From NCBI GenBank assembly GCA_043801585.1, contig JAZDLX010000103.1, forward strand, positions 1 to 13,628: DNA of 13,628 nt, in the 5' to 3' direction. Of the stretch, positions 1 to 7,742 are shown in pieces. Made by a program: the position numbers and the translations under genes. A model generated the notes under the pieces. It was not told where the DNA came from, searched no databases, and was given only the letters and a program-made list of their open reading frames with translations. The DNA comes from a bacterium (GTDB lineage: Bacteria > Electryoneota > Electryoneia > Electryoneales > Electryoneaceae). How positions within the stretch are numbered: position 1 is the first letter of the stretch; each line of letters starts with the position of its first letter.

Positions 1-1808
1 GGGGCGATCTCTTCATGCAGGCTTGCCATGTGCAGGTCGGGGATCACGCCGACCACTGCGATTTCGTCAAAATTGCCGGGAAGACGCTTTCCGACTGGAT
101 CGTCGAAACTGAACAGCTCCGCTGCTTTCTGGTTCAGCAGAACGGCATGCAGGCTGTCGTGACCGGAGAGAGCGTCCAGGTTGCGGCCGGAGAGGATGGG
201 AATCTCCAGGGTATTCAGCCATTCCGGATCGACGATATTCAGCTTGAGACCACTCCAGTCCCTGCCGTCAAGGTCCGTCCAACCTATTTCGAACCACGGA
301 GAACTCATCGCGTTTGCCGCACCTGAAATCGACAGAACGTCAGGGTTGTCACGCAACTGTTCTCGCAGTTTCAGCATCAGCTCTTTCCCGGTGTCCTCCA
401 TGCTGAACGCTGAAATCATTACGACTTGATCGCCGTTGAAGCCGAGTTTTTTCTGCGACACGAAATGAAGCTGCCGGTACATGATCAGGGTCAGAGCGAT
501 CAGCGAGATCGAAAGGCTGAACTGGACAAACACGAGGGTGCGCCGCAACAGGCTTCGCCCGCCAACCTTGACTTCTCCTTTAAACGCCTGTGCGGGTCGA
601 AACGCGGCGATGACAAGCGCGGGATAGCTGCCTGCCAGAAAGACGATGATTCCCCAGACAGCGACCATCGAAACGAGCAGCGTCGGGGTGAGCCGCAGAG
701 CAAGCTCCCGGTCCGCAAGGTTGTTGAAGACCGGGAGGGAAAGTTCGGCGAACAGCACTCCAATCATCACCGCAATGAACGCCAGCACTCCGGTTTCCAC
801 CCAGAATTGAGTCATCAACGGAGCCCGGTTCGCCCCCAGCACTTTCCGCATCCCGACTTCTTTCGTGCGCGTTGTCGAGCGGCCGAGGGAAAGCGTTGTG
901 AAATTGATGCCGGCAATCAACAGAATGATCAGTGTGATCCCCAGGAGGATTGTCGCCCCACTCGCCTCCGTGGTTGTCGGCATGCCCCTTGGATTGCGAA
1001 TGGCGAGATGCATCTGCCGCACAGGTTGAAGATGCCAGGCATAAAGATATTCTTCATTGTCATTGGCATGAAGCGATTCTATAAGAGCAGCGATGGCCGC
1101 TTCCACGCTCGCTGGGTCCGTATCCGGTTCAAGACGCACGAAAGTGTTTGACCATCTCGTGCCCCAGGTATCGCGCAAGCGCTTGTGGATCTCGGTGTAA
1201 TCAACTTCATAGGGATAGATCAGATCCGGACGATAGGTTGTGTTGACAGGGAAATCTTGAAAGATCCCAGTGATCGAGAACACCTCGAAGGTATCGACCG
1301 CGATCTCGAGCGGCTGTCCTATCAGATTCTTTTCGTGGAAATACTTTTCCGCAAAACTTTTGCTGATCAGGATCGAGCGAAGTCCCGTAAGTGCTGTCCC
1401 GGGATCCCCTTCGAGCATGGTGAGACCGAAAACGTTTGCCACACTTGAGTCCGCGCTCATCGACGATATGGTCACCAGATCACGATCGATTCGGACGAGT
1501 GTTTCATTATCCATTATACGGCAAACACTTGCGATGCCGGGTACATCGTTTTCTAATTCTGGGGCAAGCAATGAAGTCACATTCGTATTGTACTGGGCAT
1601 CGCGTCCTTTCGGTATATCCAGGGTGAGGACTCGATAGACCCGATCGGCGTCGTGGAACGAGGAATCCCAGGTGAGTTCGAAATGCAGATAGGTGACAAT
1701 CAGCAGGCAGGCGGCGACTGCGATCGCCAATCCCAGAACATTGATCGCTGTGTAAATCCGGTTTCTGAGAAGGGTGCGCACGGCAATCTTCAAATAGTTC
1801 CCAAGCAT
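1..1808 (-). CDS. ABC transporter permease, MacB/FtsX family (3' end outside the window)
   Basis: Segments translated by hand from the ATG at 1808: MLGNYLKIAVRTLLRNRIYTAINVLGLAIAVAACLLIVTYLHFELTWDSSFHDADRVYRV, then in the same frame IILLIAGINFTTLSLGRSTTRTKEVGMRKVLGA and FLAGSYPALVIAAFRPAQAFKG...LRRTLVFVQFSLSI. These are hallmark motifs of duplicated MacB-PCD/FtsX permeases. GGAG RBS at 1816-1819. Its absence from the ORF track is consistent with no stop inside the window. Confidence 0.95.
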   Translation of the reverse strand, partial: MLGNYLKIAVRTLLRNRIYTAINVLGLAIAVAACLLIVTYLHFELTWDSSFHDADRVYRVLTLDIPKGRDAQYNTNVTSLLAPELENDVPGIASVCRIMDNETLVRIDRDLVTISSMSADSSVANVFGLTMLEGDPGTALTGLRSILISKSFAEKYFHEKNLIGQPLEIAVDTFEVFSITGIFQDFPVNTTYRPDLIYPYEVDYTEIHKRLRDTWGTRWSNTFVRLEPDTDPASVEAAIAALIESLHANDNEEYLYAWHLQPVRQMHLAIRNPRGMPTTTEASGATILLGITLIILLIAGINFTTLSLGRSTTRTKEVGMRKVLGANRAPLMTQFWVETGVLAFIAVMIGVLFAELSLPVFNNLADRELALRLTPTLLVSMVAVWGIIVFLAGSYPALVIAAFRPAQAFKGEVKVGGRSLLRRTLVFVQFSLSISLIALTLIMYRQLHFVSQKKLGFNGDQVVMISAFSMEDTGKELMLKLREQLRDNPDVLSISGAANAMSSPWFEIGWTDLDGRDWSGLKLNIVDPEWLNTLEIPILSGRNLDALSGHDSLHAVLLNQKAAELFSFDDPVGKRLPGNFDEIAVVGVIPDLHMASLHEEIA

Positions 1809-1846
1809 AGCGGTACTCCGGATAATCATTCCCTGCGGATCATCTT

Positions 1847-1861
1847 ACAATCTACATGCCA
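1847..1861 (-). promoter_or_regulatory. Putative sigma-54 (-24/-12) promoter of the ABC permease
   Basis: Minus strand reads TGGCATGTAGATTGT versus consensus TGGCACG-N4-TTGC, with exact spacing, 38 bp upstream of the ATG. The -12 element is GT rather than GC. Confidence 0.65.
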
Positions 1862-1878
1862 GAAAGGAAGGTCTTGTT

Positions 1879-1891
1879 ATTCAACCGCTTG
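1879..1891. promoter_or_regulatory. Putative IHF-binding site
   Basis: ATTCAACCGCTTG has one mismatch to WATCAANNNNTTR. It lies between the sigma-54 element and the palindromic boxes, next to an A-rich tract. Confidence 0.45.
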
Positions 1892-1913
1892 AAGAAAGCA
1901 AAACAGAAAAATG

Positions 1914-1950
1914 CGTTCAATTTCGGACACTCTTTGTTCATGCTCGAACA
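1914..1950. promoter_or_regulatory. Tandem palindromic activator (enhancer-like) sites
   Basis: CGTTCAATTTCGGACA (1914-1929) and TGTTCATGCTCGAACA (1935-1950) both fit TGTTC-N6-GAACA and are offset by 21 bp. Confidence 0.6.
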
Positions 1951-1957
1951 GGTAGGT

Positions 1958-2800
1958 TCAGAGGTCGGTTTCGAAAATCCGGTTCACACAATCAGGTGTA
2001 AGTGCAACATCAACCAGCGTTTCCGCGAGGGGACGGGCCTCCACGGCTTCCATTATGGGGAGTCGTCGTTTCATCCCCAACAGCCCTCGGTACGGCGGTT
2101 GTTCACGTCCACCACGATCGGATTCGGCGATCGCTCCAACGCGGACGATGGTATAATTCAGGCCGCTCTGGATCAGAAAGTCTTCAGCTTTCGCCTTCAT
2201 CTGCAGAAAAGGACTTGAGGAGTTTTCGTCGGTGCCGACAGCCGAAGCAAGAATGAACCGAAGATTCTCTTCTCCTGCGGACACGCAGGCGCGGATGAGC
2301 ATTGACGTCAATCCCAGGTCGACCGCCTTGTAACTGTCCACGAAGGAGTTGGGTTTGAAATTCTCGTCCCCCTTCATCCGTTGTTCTGAGGAACCGAGGA
2401 GACAGAAGACGAGGGAAGGACGGACATCCGCCAACCGGAGGGAAATCTCCTCCTGTTCCCAAGCGGTCGTGTCAACGCCGCTTCCGACCTGGCGGAAGTA
2501 CTCGATCCACTCGTTGACATAGGGGCTGTCTTCACGGATGTGAGCGATTGTTTCGATGCCGCGATCGGCGAGTGCCGCGACGACTTCGCGCCCGGTGATT
2601 CCCGTTGCGCCAGCGACAAATGCCAGGTGGGCATAGATGTTGGGCAGTTCGATTTCGAGCTCGGAATCGGACGCGGTTTGTTCTTCGGAGGATTCCGTCC
2701 CGTCCATCCCGTGCACGGACTCCGTGTCGGCGACTTCATTGAAGTCCCAATCCGGATCCCGGCCTTCGGGCTCCTGCTCACTGTTCAGGTGTTCGCTCAT
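1958..2800 (-). CDS. NAD(P)H-binding Rossmann-fold protein (atypical SDR / NAD_binding_10-like) with acidic N-terminal extension
   Basis: FVAGATGITGREVV dinucleotide-binding motif, VFCLLGS, YKAVD, FLQMKAKAEDFLIQSGLNYTIVR. The ATG at 2800 (MSEHLNSE) is preferred over the track start at 2899, whose first 33 residues look non-coding. The start is uncertain. Confidence 0.85.
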   Translation of the reverse strand: MSEHLNSEQEPEGRDPDWDFNEVADTESVHGMDGTESSEEQTASDSELEIELPNIYAHLAFVAGATGITGREVVAALADRGIETIAHIREDSPYVNEWIEYFRQVGSGVDTTAWEQEEISLRLADVRPSLVFCLLGSSEQRMKGDENFKPNSFVDSYKAVDLGLTSMLIRACVSAGEENLRFILASAVGTDENSSSPFLQMKAKAEDFLIQSGLNYTIVRVGAIAESDRGGREQPPYRGLLGMKRRLPIMEAVEARPLAETLVDVALTPDCVNRIFETDL

Positions 2801-3090
2801 GGGTAATGCAGTCCGTCCAGGAGTTGTTTCGCAATCTCGCCCGCTGTCGCGCCGAACGCAAGGGGTAAAGAGGGCAACCAGCACGGGACGAGAAACCATC
2901 CACGTTGTCTCAGATCATTCAGGATCGCTGGCTAAATGATCGTTGACTGATCCCAACCGCTTTATCAACACCGATCCTTCCGCAGGATGGGACGACTGGC
3001 ACCTGACCATGTATCATGCTTGTCCGGCTCCCCTTCAATCTGATAAGAAACTGGCGGTTTGTTTCACAGGATATGGATAGTTTCCGGACA

Positions 3091-3176
3091 GCAGAAAAAT
3101 GTACCAGGTACAATTATTTTTTTCCTTTTAATGGCTTAATCATTGGTTAATAATTGTACCTGGTACATTTTTCTGC
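3091..3176. repeat. Perfect 28-bp inverted repeat with 30-bp AT-rich spacer (REPIN/MITE-like)
   Basis: GCAGAAAAATGTACCAGGTACAATTATT (3091-3118) is the exact reverse complement of AATAATTGTACCTGGTACATTTTTCTGC (3149-3176). Each arm contains the palindrome TGTACC-W-GGTACA. Confidence 0.9.
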
Positions 3177-3243
3177 ACGCTTCACAGATTCATGTGTTAT
3201 CACCAGCACGCTGACAGGCGCGCGGTGATCTCCAAAACGGTCC

Positions 3244-3261
3244 CCGGGGAGGTTTCCCCGG
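3244..3261 (-). terminator. GC-rich hairpin after the large outer-membrane gene, possible terminator or 3' stabiliser
   Basis: CCGGGGA-N4-TCCCCGG begins 10 bp past the stop at 3272. Only a weak, displaced U-tract (GGACCGTTTT) follows. Confidence 0.4.
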
Positions 3262-3271
3262 ATTACACGGA

Positions 3272-6200
3272 CTAAAACGTCGCGCTCGCTTCGACACGTG
3301 CGAGGTGGATCGGCTCCCGACCCTCATCCATGCGCAATGTATAGATGGCGCGAAGAGTCATCGCCGATCCAACACGAATGTCCGAACGAAGACTCACCCG
3401 GCCATTTCGCCCCCGTGGATGCCCCTCCGCGAGCTCGTAGGGGAGCGTTGCCGCCCTCGACTCGACCCAGAAAACCTCGGTATCGAATGCCAACCGCCCC
3501 CGACCGCGTAGCGCGTAGATAACTCCGGGCCCCAGTCCCAGGGAGCGAGCCTCGACGTTCACTGCGTTTTCCCGGTCGATCCGCCCGCGCAATCGGACGC
3601 GGAGCGTCCATGATTCCCCAGTCCGCCAGCTCGTTTCGCTGCTCGTGCCGAAGAGTTCAAACCGTTGCCCGCTGCTGCGGCGCTCGAGATCCTTTGACCG
3701 CCGCTCCCATGAGCTGACGGTCTCCATGTCAAGGTCAGGTCCGAGGGCGTTGCGCAGTCTTAATTCCCAGAAGTCAGACGCCGTCTGCTCCGTACCGGTT
3801 CCGTAGAGGTTTGTGTGCAGTGCTTCCGTACGATAACGCAGCCGGGCGTTGAACTCACGGGACGGCCGCCAGAGATAGAGGTCTTGTCTCCAGAGCAAAC
3901 GGCCGTTGACCGTCGAATCCGTCTGAAATGCGCTGAGATTCAGCAGTGCGATGGACGCCGGTTTGGACCACCGTGTGATTTCCGTGGCTTCGAGCTGGGT
4001 GACAATGCTGATGTCCTCCCAGCCGAAACCGGGAATCCTGCCCGCTCCTCCGGGGAGGCGGTGGGGGGACCAGTCGACATTCAGCGCCGCTGCCAGATCC
4101 GTGGTCGGGAGCGCTTCGCCGGTCGGTTCTGGCCGCAGGATGATGGTTCCGATTTCCGGGTCGTACACGTACTCATCCCCGACACGGATGTAATCCCCAT
4201 GGCCCTGAGGGACGGTGTAGGCGATCAGCACCCTCGGCCGAGTGACCGTCCTCGAGAGACGGTAGGCGAGGTCGGTGGTCAATGCTCCGCCGAGAGGAGT
4301 CCATCCGGCGTTGAGCCGCGCGAGGCGAGAGGAGACGTCCGAACTGTCCGCTGTTGCCCACTTTTTATCACGGAATGCGATTTCTGTTTCGGTCCGCAAC
4401 GGCAGCCCCATCGCACGCCAGTTCCAGGTTCCGCCCGCACCCCGCTCCATCCAGAGACGTTGGTAATCGCCTGCGTCCTGTTCGCCGCTCCGCTGAGACG
4501 TCTGCAGGTAGATCGCTCCTTCATGTCCCCGCCATCCGGTCAGGCGCCAGGATCCGCGTGTCCGCGAGTATTGGTGGCCGAAGAATGTCGTGTCACGTGT
4601 GGCGTCACGCTGCTCGGCTTCACCGTCGATCTCAGGTTGCCAGATACCAAGCCGGACTCCGGCGTTGCCCGAAGCACGGACCCAATCCGAGTGCTCGCCA
4701 AGGTGGCGGTCGCTGCTGATGACACGGTCCGCACGCAGGGTGGATGAGAACCGTCGGCGTTGGAATCGTGCGGCGAGGTCGGTTCGATCGCTGGTGGTCT
4801 GCTCTCCCCGCACGAGGGTTGCCCAGCCGCTGGAAACATCCGCTCCGGGAGACGGACGAAATGCAAGTCGAACAGATCGCTCCTTTTCACGGATACCGGT
4901 CGATGCCGAGTCGAGTCCCCAGGTTCGTGCGTATTCCACTTCCTTCGTCCTCGATGGAGCGTGATATCGGGCACCCTCGTTCCGCAGCGAGGCGGTCACT
5001 TCCACCGGCGCTGCGCCCGTGTTTCCTCCCAGGGGACGAAGGCTGATCCCGTACTTCTGTGCAAGTCCGCTGTTGTTGCCGTCTCCCGTGTTCGAGAGCA
5101 CGTTGGTATCGTACTCGGACACACCGACATCGGCGTTGGCGCTGATCAGCGTGCCGGGTGAAAGGGAGAGTGAGGTGGCAATGTGGCGCAGCCGTTGTGG
5201 CAGGGGAACCAGCCGTACGGGCGCCCAGCTTCCGGCTCCGGGTCCGACCCAGGCGAAACGGAAAAGGCCGAGGGAGGCATCATACTCCCGGTCGTAGTCA
5301 CCACCCGACACGTTACTGAAGATCACCGACCAGCTTCCGGTGGGAGTTCCGTCGGTGCCGGGTGGAGAGAAACGGAAAGCGGAGTAGGTGTTGCCATCGG
5401 TCCAGACCGTGTCGACACGTACGTAATCCGCCTTGCCCGGCCCCAGCGAATCCGCCGAAAACACCTGTGCGGGACCGGCTCCATCTCCATATTCGGACAG
5501 GTTTCGCCGGATCGCATCCGTCATCTCAAATCCGGTAGGTCGGGATTCATCGTCCCCCTCCTGCATAACGGTGACGTTTCCGTTCAGCCAACCTGAGGGA
5601 TTGTCGAATGCGAGCTGCCCGGCGTAGAGGTTTCGCGGGTAGGCTTCCGGGGAGTATTCAAAATCGACTTCGATGCGGCTCTCGCTGTCAATGGGATTAC
5701 GCGGAGTGAAGGTGATCTCGCCGAGCGTATAGTCCATCGTAAAGTCCGCATTCTCACCCCGGACAAGCTCATGGCCGTTCAACCAGACACGTTCGCTGCC
5801 GCCAACGATCAAGATGTCTCGCTCCCCCTCCCGGCCAGTCAGCGGATAGGGTCCCTGGACGCCGTCGCTGCCGTTGAACGTGTTCGTTTGGAAAATGGAT
5901 CGCGTCACGGCTCCCGCTGCGGTTACACGCAGGTCAGGATCATTGTAGCTCACATGTGCCCCTTCGAGGCGCCGGTCCAGCGATCCGTAACGGCCGCCGT
6001 CGAGATTCAGCCGGTAATCGCCGAATCTCCCACGCGCCTGCCCCGCCTCGATGTCCACATACACCTGGTCGATCTCCCCGAGGCGGCGGCTCGTACCTTC
6101 GGATTGAACGGGAAGGTTGCGGTCGTCGAGAAGCGCATGAACACGGATGTCACGGGCGAGCTCCCCCTCCAGCGAAAGGTGCAGACCGGATTCCAGGCTC

Positions 6201-6688
6201 ACGTCCTGTCCACTGCCTACCTGCACACCTCGCAGAATGGACCCGCGTTTCTGGAGACGAGTGCCGCCCTCGCGTTCAAGGAACTCCAGCGGAGAGAGTG
6301 CCGGGATGTACACGGCTTCCGACGTCAGCGAATCCGCACGCACGGCTCGTTCCGGTGCATAGAGCTGAAGAGTGTCGGGGAGGCTGACCGGGAGGTATCG
6401 GAAGGACACCTGAAGCGTGTCATTACGCCGCGCGAGCCATGTCACCACGCCGGTTGTGGCGTTCAGGGAAAACGCGTCACCTTCCCGCAGGGTATCGTCT
6501 CGTGCGGTGATGATGGTCAGGCTGGCAGGGTCCAGGTAGCGATAAGGAAGACGGAGCGTACTTTGTGTGCTGTCCGTGGTCAACGCCCCTGTCCAGCGGC
6601 CCGGTTCTTCCGCGTGGAGTTGCGTTAGTCCGGCGCTTGCCATCACCACAGACAGGAGCACTCCCGTTGCCACCGCTCCCCGCCGCAT
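3272..6688 (-). CDS. Large exported protein, probable outer-membrane beta-barrel of unknown function
   Basis: 1138-aa ORF with a signal peptide (MRRGAVATGVLLSVVMASAGLTQLHA), long alternating amphipathic strands and a terminal Phe (ARVEASATF, beta-signal-like). Blocks GSILRGVQVGSGQD, QGPYPLTG and GSERVWLNG...DYTLGEITF resemble my recollection of FCB-group hypothetical proteins. GGAGG RBS overlaps the end of the upstream gene. Confidence 0.8.
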   Translation of the reverse strand: MRRGAVATGVLLSVVMASAGLTQLHAEEPGRWTGALTTDSTQSTLRLPYRYLDPASLTIITARDDTLREGDAFSLNATTGVVTWLARRNDTLQVSFRYLPVSLPDTLQLYAPERAVRADSLTSEAVYIPALSPLEFLEREGGTRLQKRGSILRGVQVGSGQDVSLESGLHLSLEGELARDIRVHALLDDRNLPVQSEGTSRRLGEIDQVYVDIEAGQARGRFGDYRLNLDGGRYGSLDRRLEGAHVSYNDPDLRVTAAGAVTRSIFQTNTFNGSDGVQGPYPLTGREGERDILIVGGSERVWLNGHELVRGENADFTMDYTLGEITFTPRNPIDSESRIEVDFEYSPEAYPRNLYAGQLAFDNPSGWLNGNVTVMQEGDDESRPTGFEMTDAIRRNLSEYGDGAGPAQVFSADSLGPGKADYVRVDTVWTDGNTYSAFRFSPPGTDGTPTGSWSVIFSNVSGGDYDREYDASLGLFRFAWVGPGAGSWAPVRLVPLPQRLRHIATSLSLSPGTLISANADVGVSEYDTNVLSNTGDGNNSGLAQKYGISLRPLGGNTGAAPVEVTASLRNEGARYHAPSRTKEVEYARTWGLDSASTGIREKERSVRLAFRPSPGADVSSGWATLVRGEQTTSDRTDLAARFQRRRFSSTLRADRVISSDRHLGEHSDWVRASGNAGVRLGIWQPEIDGEAEQRDATRDTTFFGHQYSRTRGSWRLTGWRGHEGAIYLQTSQRSGEQDAGDYQRLWMERGAGGTWNWRAMGLPLRTETEIAFRDKKWATADSSDVSSRLARLNAGWTPLGGALTTDLAYRLSRTVTRPRVLIAYTVPQGHGDYIRVGDEYVYDPEIGTIILRPEPTGEALPTTDLAAALNVDWSPHRLPGGAGRIPGFGWEDISIVTQLEATEITRWSKPASIALLNLSAFQTDSTVNGRLLWRQDLYLWRPSREFNARLRYRTEALHTNLYGTGTEQTASDFWELRLRNALGPDLDMETVSSWERRSKDLERRSSGQRFELFGTSSETSWRTGESWTLRVRLRGRIDRENAVNVEARSLGLGPGVIYALRGRGRLAFDTEVFWVESRAATLPYELAEGHPRGRNGRVSLRSDIRVGSAMTLRAIYTLRMDEGREPIHLARVEASATF

Positions 6689-6691
6689 TGG

Positions 6692-7624
6692 CTACCTCCC
6701 GCCGCCGTCCATGATACGAAAGACAAGCAGCTTGTCGTCGACAGCGGCATACAACCGATCACCCCTGAGCGCCAGATCCTGGACCGGACCACCGAGCATC
6801 TCGCGCGTCCAGCGCCCGAGTTCGCTCCCCGTTTCCGAGAGGACGACGATACCCCCCTCGCCGCACAGCCAGAGGCGACGGTTCCCGGACGTGATTCCCC
6901 AGGGCCCCTCTCCTGCGAGTTTCCAGGGTCGCAATCCGCGCAAGGTACCGAACCGGTCGAGGAGCACCGCGGCGTGAATACCCGGATCGGCGATGGCGAA
7001 ACCATGATCCGTGACCGTCTCCACGCGCCGGGGTTGAATCAGCGCCAGCCCCGCCTGCCCGAAAGAGGCGACCCGCTCCACGAGCCGTCCCTCAGGATCG
7101 ACGAGAAGCCCATCCGAGCGATCTCCTTCGAGAATGATCAAATCTCCCTGAACGGAACGCGCCGCCGAAACGGGTCGTTCGATAGCGAGATTTCCATCTT
7201 GGCCGGTTACGGAAGTGAATGGTTCCAGCGGAGCCAGCCACTGATCGTAACGGACGATCCGGTCTGCAGCCGGATCGGACGCCCACAATTCAAATCCGAC
7301 TGCGGCGAGGTCTCCGGTGGATCGCAGGGCGCCTGAGTCAAAACCGAATCCACCCGCCTCACCACGCCAGGAACCATCGCCCCCGAAAAGGAGAATTCGA
7401 TGCGCCGTTTCGTCAAGGATGGCAATGCCGCCATCCGCGAGAATCGTCACAGCAGCGATCCGGCCAGGGGCGGCGACATCCTTGGGACGTTGGCCGAAGG
7501 AGCCCAGCGGTTTCAGTTCGATGAAAGGATCAGCGGCTTGCGGCGGAGCAGTCCATGCCGTGGGGAGGATTGTCAGGACCGCAAATGCTGTGAGTGCCGG
7601 GATGTGAGCGCGATGGGTTTTCAT
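6692..7624 (-). CDS. Secreted NHL-repeat / beta-propeller protein
   Basis: Signal-peptide-like N-terminus and repeated blades (GGIAILDETAHRILLFGGDG, LWASDPAADRIVRYD, GDLIILEGD, FAIADPGIHAAVLLDRFG). Ends 3 bp before the next ATG. Confidence 0.8.
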   Translation of the reverse strand: MKTHRAHIPALTAFAVLTILPTAWTAPPQAADPFIELKPLGSFGQRPKDVAAPGRIAAVTILADGGIAILDETAHRILLFGGDGSWRGEAGGFGFDSGALRSTGDLAAVGFELWASDPAADRIVRYDQWLAPLEPFTSVTGQDGNLAIERPVSAARSVQGDLIILEGDRSDGLLVDPEGRLVERVASFGQAGLALIQPRRVETVTDHGFAIADPGIHAAVLLDRFGTLRGLRPWKLAGEGPWGITSGNRRLWLCGEGGIVVLSETGSELGRWTREMLGGPVQDLALRGDRLYAAVDDKLLVFRIMDGGGR

Positions 7625-7664
7625 GGTCCCTCATCACGGTATTAGGGGGTGCCCCCAGTCAATG

Positions 7665-7708
7665 AAAAGCGGGACCGACCCGCCATCCAAGGAGGGTGCA
7701 GACCCGCT
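7665..7708 (-). terminator. Probable intrinsic terminator downstream of glgA
   Basis: Minus strand AGCGGG...ACCC-TCC-TT-GGA...GGGT...CCCGCT forms an interrupted stem ending in a TTTT run, 34 bp after the glgA stop. Confidence 0.55.
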
Positions 7709-7742
7709 GAAACCTTTTCGCAAGATAGTAGCTACGCCTCCG

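Noticed and set aside
15..1892. Plus-strand ORFs such as 426..1151 (241 aa)
   Set aside because: Antisense shadows of the ABC permease; the longest share its codon register, and none shows recognisable motifs.
2997..3012. TGGCAC as a plus-strand sigma-54 site
   Set aside because: No TTGC-like -12 element at the right spacing and no plus-strand gene downstream.
2919..3113. 64-aa minus-strand ORF MYLVHFSA...
   Set aside because: Starts inside the inverted-repeat arm, has no clear RBS and no protein-like features.
3091..3176. CRISPR repeat or integron attC interpretation
   Set aside because: Only two copies, inverted rather than direct; no cas or integrase gene; no RYYYAAC/GTTRRRY ends.
2900..3200. 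Possible replication origin (GATC cluster, AT-rich stretch, DnaA-like box)
   Set aside because: Only one imperfect DnaA box and no origin-associated genes nearby.
3815..6628. Long plus-strand ORFs (310 aa, 285 aa) opposite the barrel gene
   Set aside because: Expected antisense ORFs in GC-rich coding DNA; no motifs.
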